Positions 59,733 through 64,000 of a stretch of DNA of 64,000 bases are shown here, piece after piece (the stretch's first letter is position 1; every line of letters begins with the position of its first letter). The position numbers and the translations under genes are program-made. This DNA comes from an uncultured delta proteobacterium (lineage in GTDB: Bacteria; Myxococcota_A; Polyangia; Haliangiales; Haliangiaceae). Below the pieces are notes generated by a model. The model was given only the letters and a program-made list of their open reading frames with translations. It searched no databases and was not told the DNA's origin. The stretch lies in the NCBI GenBank assembly GCA_963848295.1, contig CAWKDB010000010.1:1632001-1696000 (forward strand), read 5' to 3'.

Positions 59733-60323
59733 GTGCGCGGCTCCTTTCATCCCTGGCTCGCCTTCGTCAGCTTCTTCAAGATCCTGTTCGGACGCCCGCT
59801 GCCGGCCGAGCTCGGCGACCTGTTGCCGGAAGCGGCGAGACCGAAAGCACTCCCGGCCGCGAAGCCGGAGGTCGCGAAGACCGAGCCCAAGCCCGAACCG
59901 AAACCGGATCCGGTGAAAGCGGCGAAGCTATCGGCGGCGCAACATCAGCGCGATGGCGCGCTCGCGTTGCTCGCGTTGTTGCAGCGCGAGGGCCGGCTCG
60001 TCGACTTCGTCCGCGATTCGGTCGACGGCGCGAGCGATGCGGACATCGGCGCCGCGGCGCGCGAGGTTCATCGCGGTTGTCGCAAGGTGCTCGATCAGCA
60101 CGTCACGCTCGAGCCTGTGATGCCAGGCGACGACGACGCGAAGGTCAGCGTGCCGAAGGGCTTCGACCCGGCCGAGATCCGGCTGATCGGCGAGGCGAAG
60201 GGCGAGCCGCCGTTCGCTGGCACGCTGCGCCATCACGGTTGGCGCGCGGTCGACACGAAGTTGCCGACGCTCGCCGAGGGCGTCGATCGCACCGTGATCG
60301 CACCGGCGGAAGTCGAGGTATGA
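59733..60323 (+). CDS. DUF2760 domain protein
   Basis: LLALLQREGRLVDF...IGAAAREVH.GC...GTLRHHGW...APAEVEV. Confidence 0.9.
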   Translation: MRGSFHPWLAFVSFFKILFGRPLPAELGDLLPEAARPKALPAAKPEVAKTEPKPEPKPDPVKAAKLSAAQHQRDGALALLALLQREGRLVDFVRDSVDGASDADIGAAAREVHRGCRKVLDQHVTLEPVMPGDDDAKVSVPKGFDPAEIRLIGEAKGEPPFAGTLRHHGWRAVDTKLPTLAEGVDRTVIAPAEVEV

Positions 60324-62116
60324 CCCGCGTCCTCGGCATCGACCTCGGGACGACGAGCTCCGCGCTCGCGGTCGCGGACGACGAGCACGCGGCGCGAGCG
60401 CACGACATCGCGCAAGTCGTCGGGCCGGGCGAGGTCGAGGCGCGGCCGACGCTGCCGTCGTTCCTGCTGCTACCGACCGAGCAAGAGGTCCCGGCGGCGC
60501 AGCTCCAGCTGCCGTGGTCCGGCAAGCTGCGTTACGCGGTCGGCACGTTCGCGCGCGAGCGCGGCGCCGAGCTGCCGCATCGGCTCGTCGCCTCGGCGAA
60601 GTCGTGGCTGTGCAACTCGGCGATCGATCGTACCGCGCAGGTGCTGCCTTTTTCCCTCTCCAGGGATTCCGAAGCGGCTCGCGGCGCGCAACGCGAGCTC
60701 GAGGCGGCGATGGCCGATGGCGAGCGGGTCTCGCCGGTCAACGCGTCGGCGCGCTACCTCGCGCACCTCCGCGCCGCCTGGGACGACGAGCACGAGGACG
60801 AGCCGGCCGACGAGCAAGACGTGCTCGTCACCGTGCCGGCGAGCTTCGATCCGGTCGCGCGCGAGCTGACGGTGGTCGCGGCGCGCGAGGCGGGGTTCGC
60901 GAACATCACGCTGCTCGAAGAGCCGCAGGCGGCGTTCTATGCGTACCTCGCGGCGCGCGGCGAGCGCTGGCGCGATGACCTGAAGCCAGGCGACGTCGTG
61001 CTCGTATGCGATGTCGGTGGCGGCACGACCGACTTCTCGCTGATCGAGGTCGCGGACGACGGTGGCACGCTCGCGCTCGAGCGCATCGCGGTGGGCGATC
61101 ACATCTTGCTCGGCGGCGACAACATGGATCTCGCGCTCGCCGCGCTCGTCGCCAAGCAACTCGCCGACGCCGGCAAGACACTCGATGCGCTGCAGCAACG
61201 CGCGCTCGTGCACGCGTGTCGCCGTGCGAAGGAGACGTTGCTCGCCGATGATGCGCCGTCGTCCGCGCCGATCGCGATCCTCGCGCGCGGCAGCAAGCTG
61301 ATCGGCGGCACGATCAAGGTCGACGTCACGCGCGCCGACGCGGAAGCCCTGCTGGTCGACGGCTTCCTGCCGAGGGTCGGCGCCGAGGCGCGCGCCGAGA
61401 AGCGCCGTGCCGGCGGCTTGCGCGAGATGGGCTTGCCATACGCGCACGACCCGGCGATCACGCGTCACCTCGCCGAGTTCCTGGGCCGGTTCGGTCGGAT
61501 GCCGACCGCGGTGTTGTTCAACGGCGGCGTGATGAAGTCGTCGCGGCTGCGCGAGCGGATCGTCGAGCTGCTGCGCACGTGGGCAGGTCGCGACATCGCG
61601 GTCCTGCAAGGTGCGGATCTCGATCTCGCCGTCGCGCTCGGCGCCGCGCACTACGGCCGAGTCCGCCGCGGCAAGGGCGTGCGGATCCGCGGCGGCACCG
61701 CGCGCGCGTATTACATCGGGATCGAGAGCGCGATGCCTGCGATCCCCGGGTTCGCGCCGCCGGTGAAGGCGCTGTGCGTCGCGCCGCAGGGCCTCGAGGA
61801 GGGCCAATCGGTCGCGCTGCCCGACGACGAGCTCGGCTTGATCGTCGGCGAGACCGCGACGTTCCGATTCTTCGCCGCGGCGACGCGCAAAGAGGATCCG
61901 GCCGGCGCGCTGATCGACGCCGACGCCGCCGGCATCGTCGAGCTCGATCCGGTCGAGAAGCTCGTCGAGGCCGAGGGCGAGCGCACGGCGGGCGAGCTGG
62001 TGCCGGTGCGGCTCGAAGCTCACGTCACCGAGGTCGGCACGCTCGAGCTCTGGTGCGTCGCGCGCGACGGCCACGGCCGATGGAAGCTCGAGTATTCGGT
62101 GCGCGAGCGCGATTAG
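60320..62116 (+). CDS. Atypical Hsp70-family protein
   Basis: GIDLGTT, TVPASFD, LLEEPQAA, DVGGGTTD, LLGGDNMD. Confidence 0.92.
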   Translation: MTRVLGIDLGTTSSALAVADDEHAARAHDIAQVVGPGEVEARPTLPSFLLLPTEQEVPAAQLQLPWSGKLRYAVGTFARERGAELPHRLVASAKSWLCNSAIDRTAQVLPFSLSRDSEAARGAQRELEAAMADGERVSPVNASARYLAHLRAAWDDEHEDEPADEQDVLVTVPASFDPVARELTVVAAREAGFANITLLEEPQAAFYAYLAARGERWRDDLKPGDVVLVCDVGGGTTDFSLIEVADDGGTLALERIAVGDHILLGGDNMDLALAALVAKQLADAGKTLDALQQRALVHACRRAKETLLADDAPSSAPIAILARGSKLIGGTIKVDVTRADAEALLVDGFLPRVGAEARAEKRRAGGLREMGLPYAHDPAITRHLAEFLGRFGRMPTAVLFNGGVMKSSRLRERIVELLRTWAGRDIAVLQGADLDLAVALGAAHYGRVRRGKGVRIRGGTARAYYIGIESAMPAIPGFAPPVKALCVAPQGLEEGQSVALPDDELGLIVGETATFRFFAAATRKEDPAGALIDADAAGIVELDPVEKLVEAEGERTAGELVPVRLEAHVTEVGTLELWCVARDGHGRWKLEYSVRERD

Positions 62117-62132
62117 AGGTACCCTGGCCGTT

Positions 62133-62582
62133 ATGGCCACCGCGCTCGATACCATCGCTCATGTCATCTTGCCGAACGTGATGAAGCTGAAGGGCGCGTC
62201 GGTCGTGATGTCCGCGATGGAGCGCCGGGACGTCTCGTTGTTCGCGCACGTCTGGGAGCAGACCGGCGTGACGCACACGCCGCAGGTCGTCGCGAAGGAA
62301 CACGATGCGTGGCGGATCGGCGTGATGTCGCTCCCCAAGCCGAACGAGATGGGCGAGGCGTTCATGTGCGCGTTCGTCGCGAAGAAGCAGGACGCCGCGA
62401 TGGCGCGGTACTTCACGCTCGAGAACGACTACGTGCTCGCGACGAAGACGCATCGCACGCTGCTATGCGAGCGCGATGGCGCGCGCATGGTGAGGGTCGG
62501 CGATGGGCCGCCGGTGACCGGCGACTTCGCGGCCGATGCGAACGCGTTCGTCGAGGCGATCGTCGTCGTGCTCACGAAGTAG
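62133..62582 (+). CDS. Hypothetical protein
   Basis: Clean ORF with typical codon use; TACCCT-N7-ATG. Confidence 0.75.
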   Translation: MATALDTIAHVILPNVMKLKGASVVMSAMERRDVSLFAHVWEQTGVTHTPQVVAKEHDAWRIGVMSLPKPNEMGEAFMCAFVAKKQDAAMARYFTLENDYVLATKTHRTLLCERDGARMVRVGDGPPVTGDFAADANAFVEAIVVVLTK

Positions 62583-62698
62583 TCACGGGTTGCTGATCGA
62601 GGCGTACGCGAGCGCCTGCCAGCCGTCGCTCATCGACCGGTCATATCAGGACCAGCTCGCCGGCTGTCATGCGGCTGCGGATGCGGTAAGACCGCGCC

Positions 62699-64000
62699 GT
62701 GGCCGCGCGCTACCTGATCGGCATCGACCTCGGCACGACGAACTCGGCGGTCGCGTTCGTCGACACCGCGGCGGCCGATCCGCGCGTCCGGGTGTGCGAG
62801 GTCGCGCAGCTGATCGCGCCGGGGGAGGTCGCGGCGCGCCGCCAGCTTCCGTCGTTCATCTATCTCGCGGGCGAGCACGACCTCGCACCACACGAGACCG
62901 CACTGCCGTGGAATCCGCCGTCGCGTGTCGTCGTCGGAGAGCTCGCGCGGGCACAGGGCGCGCGCATGGCATCGCGGATGATCTCGTCCGCGAAGTCGTG
63001 GCTGTGTCATCCCGGCGTCGACCGCAGCGCGGCGATCTTGCCGTGGGGCGGAGTCGACGTCCCGAAGCTGTCGCCGATCCAGGCGCAAGCCGAGATCCTC
63101 GGTCATATTCGCGGCGCGTGGGACGCCGCGCACCCCGACGCCTTGCTCGCGGCGCAAGAAGTCTTGATCACGGTGCCGGCGAGCTTCGACGAGGCCGCGC
63201 GCGAGCTCACGCTGCAGGCCGCTGCGAAGGCGGGATATCCGCCGGTCGTGCTGCTCGAAGAGCCACAGGCGGCGTTCTATGCGTGGCTCGACGGCAAGTC
63301 GGGGAACCTCGCACCTGGCGAGCGCGTGCTCGTGTTCGATGTCGGCGGCGGTACGACCGACTTCACGCTGATCGACGCCGATGCCGATGGGTTCACGCGC
63401 ACCGCGGTCGGCGATCACCTGCTGCTCGGCGGCGATAACCTCGACCTCACGCTCGCGAAGATCGTCGAGCAACGGGTCGCCGCGAAGACCGGCAAGAAGC
63501 TCGACACGCTGCAGTGGCACGGCCTCGTTCACGCGTGCCGGCTCGCGAAGGAAGCCCTGCTCGGTGACGCCCCGCCGGCGAGCGCGCCGATCGCGGTGCA
63601 GAGCCGCGGCAGCAAGATGATCGGCGGCACCGTGCGCGACGAGATCACGCGCAGCGAGCTCGATCACATCCTGTTCGATGGCTTCTTCCCGATCGTCGCC
63701 CGCGATGCGCAGCTGTCACGCGCGCGCGGCGGGTTACAAGAATTCGGCCTGCCCTACGCCGCCGATCCGGCGATCACCCGTCACCTCGCGTCGTTCGTGC
63801 AGCGCCATGTCGCGGCCGGCGCGCGGATCGACGCGGTGCTCTTCAACGGCGGCGCGATGACGCCGGCATCCTTGCGCGCGCGTGTGCTCGACCAGATCGG
63901 ACGCTGGCAGAGCAGCAGGCCCCGCGAGCTCCCGGCCGCGATGCCCGAGATGGCGGTCGCGCAAGGCGCGGCGTACTACGGGCTCGTCCGCCGCGGCCTG
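62699..64000 (+). CDS. Second atypical Hsp70-family protein (runs off window)
   Basis: GTG at 62699: YLIGIDLGTTN, TVPASFD, LLEEPQAA, DVGGGTTD, LLGGDNLD. Confidence 0.92.
   Translation, partial: MAARYLIGIDLGTTNSAVAFVDTAAADPRVRVCEVAQLIAPGEVAARRQLPSFIYLAGEHDLAPHETALPWNPPSRVVVGELARAQGARMASRMISSAKSWLCHPGVDRSAAILPWGGVDVPKLSPIQAQAEILGHIRGAWDAAHPDALLAAQEVLITVPASFDEAARELTLQAAAKAGYPPVVLLEEPQAAFYAWLDGKSGNLAPGERVLVFDVGGGTTDFTLIDADADGFTRTAVGDHLLLGGDNLDLTLAKIVEQRVAAKTGKKLDTLQWHGLVHACRLAKEALLGDAPPASAPIAVQSRGSKMIGGTVRDEITRSELDHILFDGFFPIVARDAQLSRARGGLQEFGLPYAADPAITRHLASFVQRHVAAGARIDAVLFNGGAMTPASLRARVLDQIGRWQSSRPRELPAAMPEMAVAQGAAYYGLVRRGL

Noticed and set aside
62583..62698. Possible minus-strand gene remnant (YDRSMSDGWQALAYASISNP*)
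   Set aside because: Too short and lacks a supported start.

Overview
High-GC window with myxobacterial hallmarks: MYXO-CTERM and Myxococcus Cys-rich motifs, four Ser/Thr kinases, two FHA-type sigma54 enhancer-binding proteins (bEBPs) and many Cys-rich lipoproteins. Myxococcota (possibly Kofleriaceae/Haliangiales) is an inference. It holds about 50 CDSs, one tRNA-Asn(GTT) and a decaying accessory region left of the tRNA. The most notable signals are non-coding. (1) Eight sigma54 (-24/-12) promoters occur, six placed so the ATG sits 14-15 nt after the -12 C. (2) An identical 14-bp enhancer-like site lies upstream of two sigma54 promoters 43 kb apart, linking a beta-propeller lipoprotein to an operon of three paralogous disulfide-rich lipoproteins of unrecognised family. 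(3) An FHA/degenerate-GGDEF bEBP is flanked by mirror-image enhancer+promoter units driving a membrane protein and an L,D-transpeptidase. (4) An orphan one-spacer CRISPR-like mini-array sits beside a SWIM-SNF2 helicase. (5) A serine-recombinase tail reads into the tRNA-Asn antisense strand across a symmetric att-like site centred on the CCA end. (6) An MqsA-like antitoxin has a frameshifted toxin and an intact operator. All family assignments come from motif recognition by eye, not from database searches.
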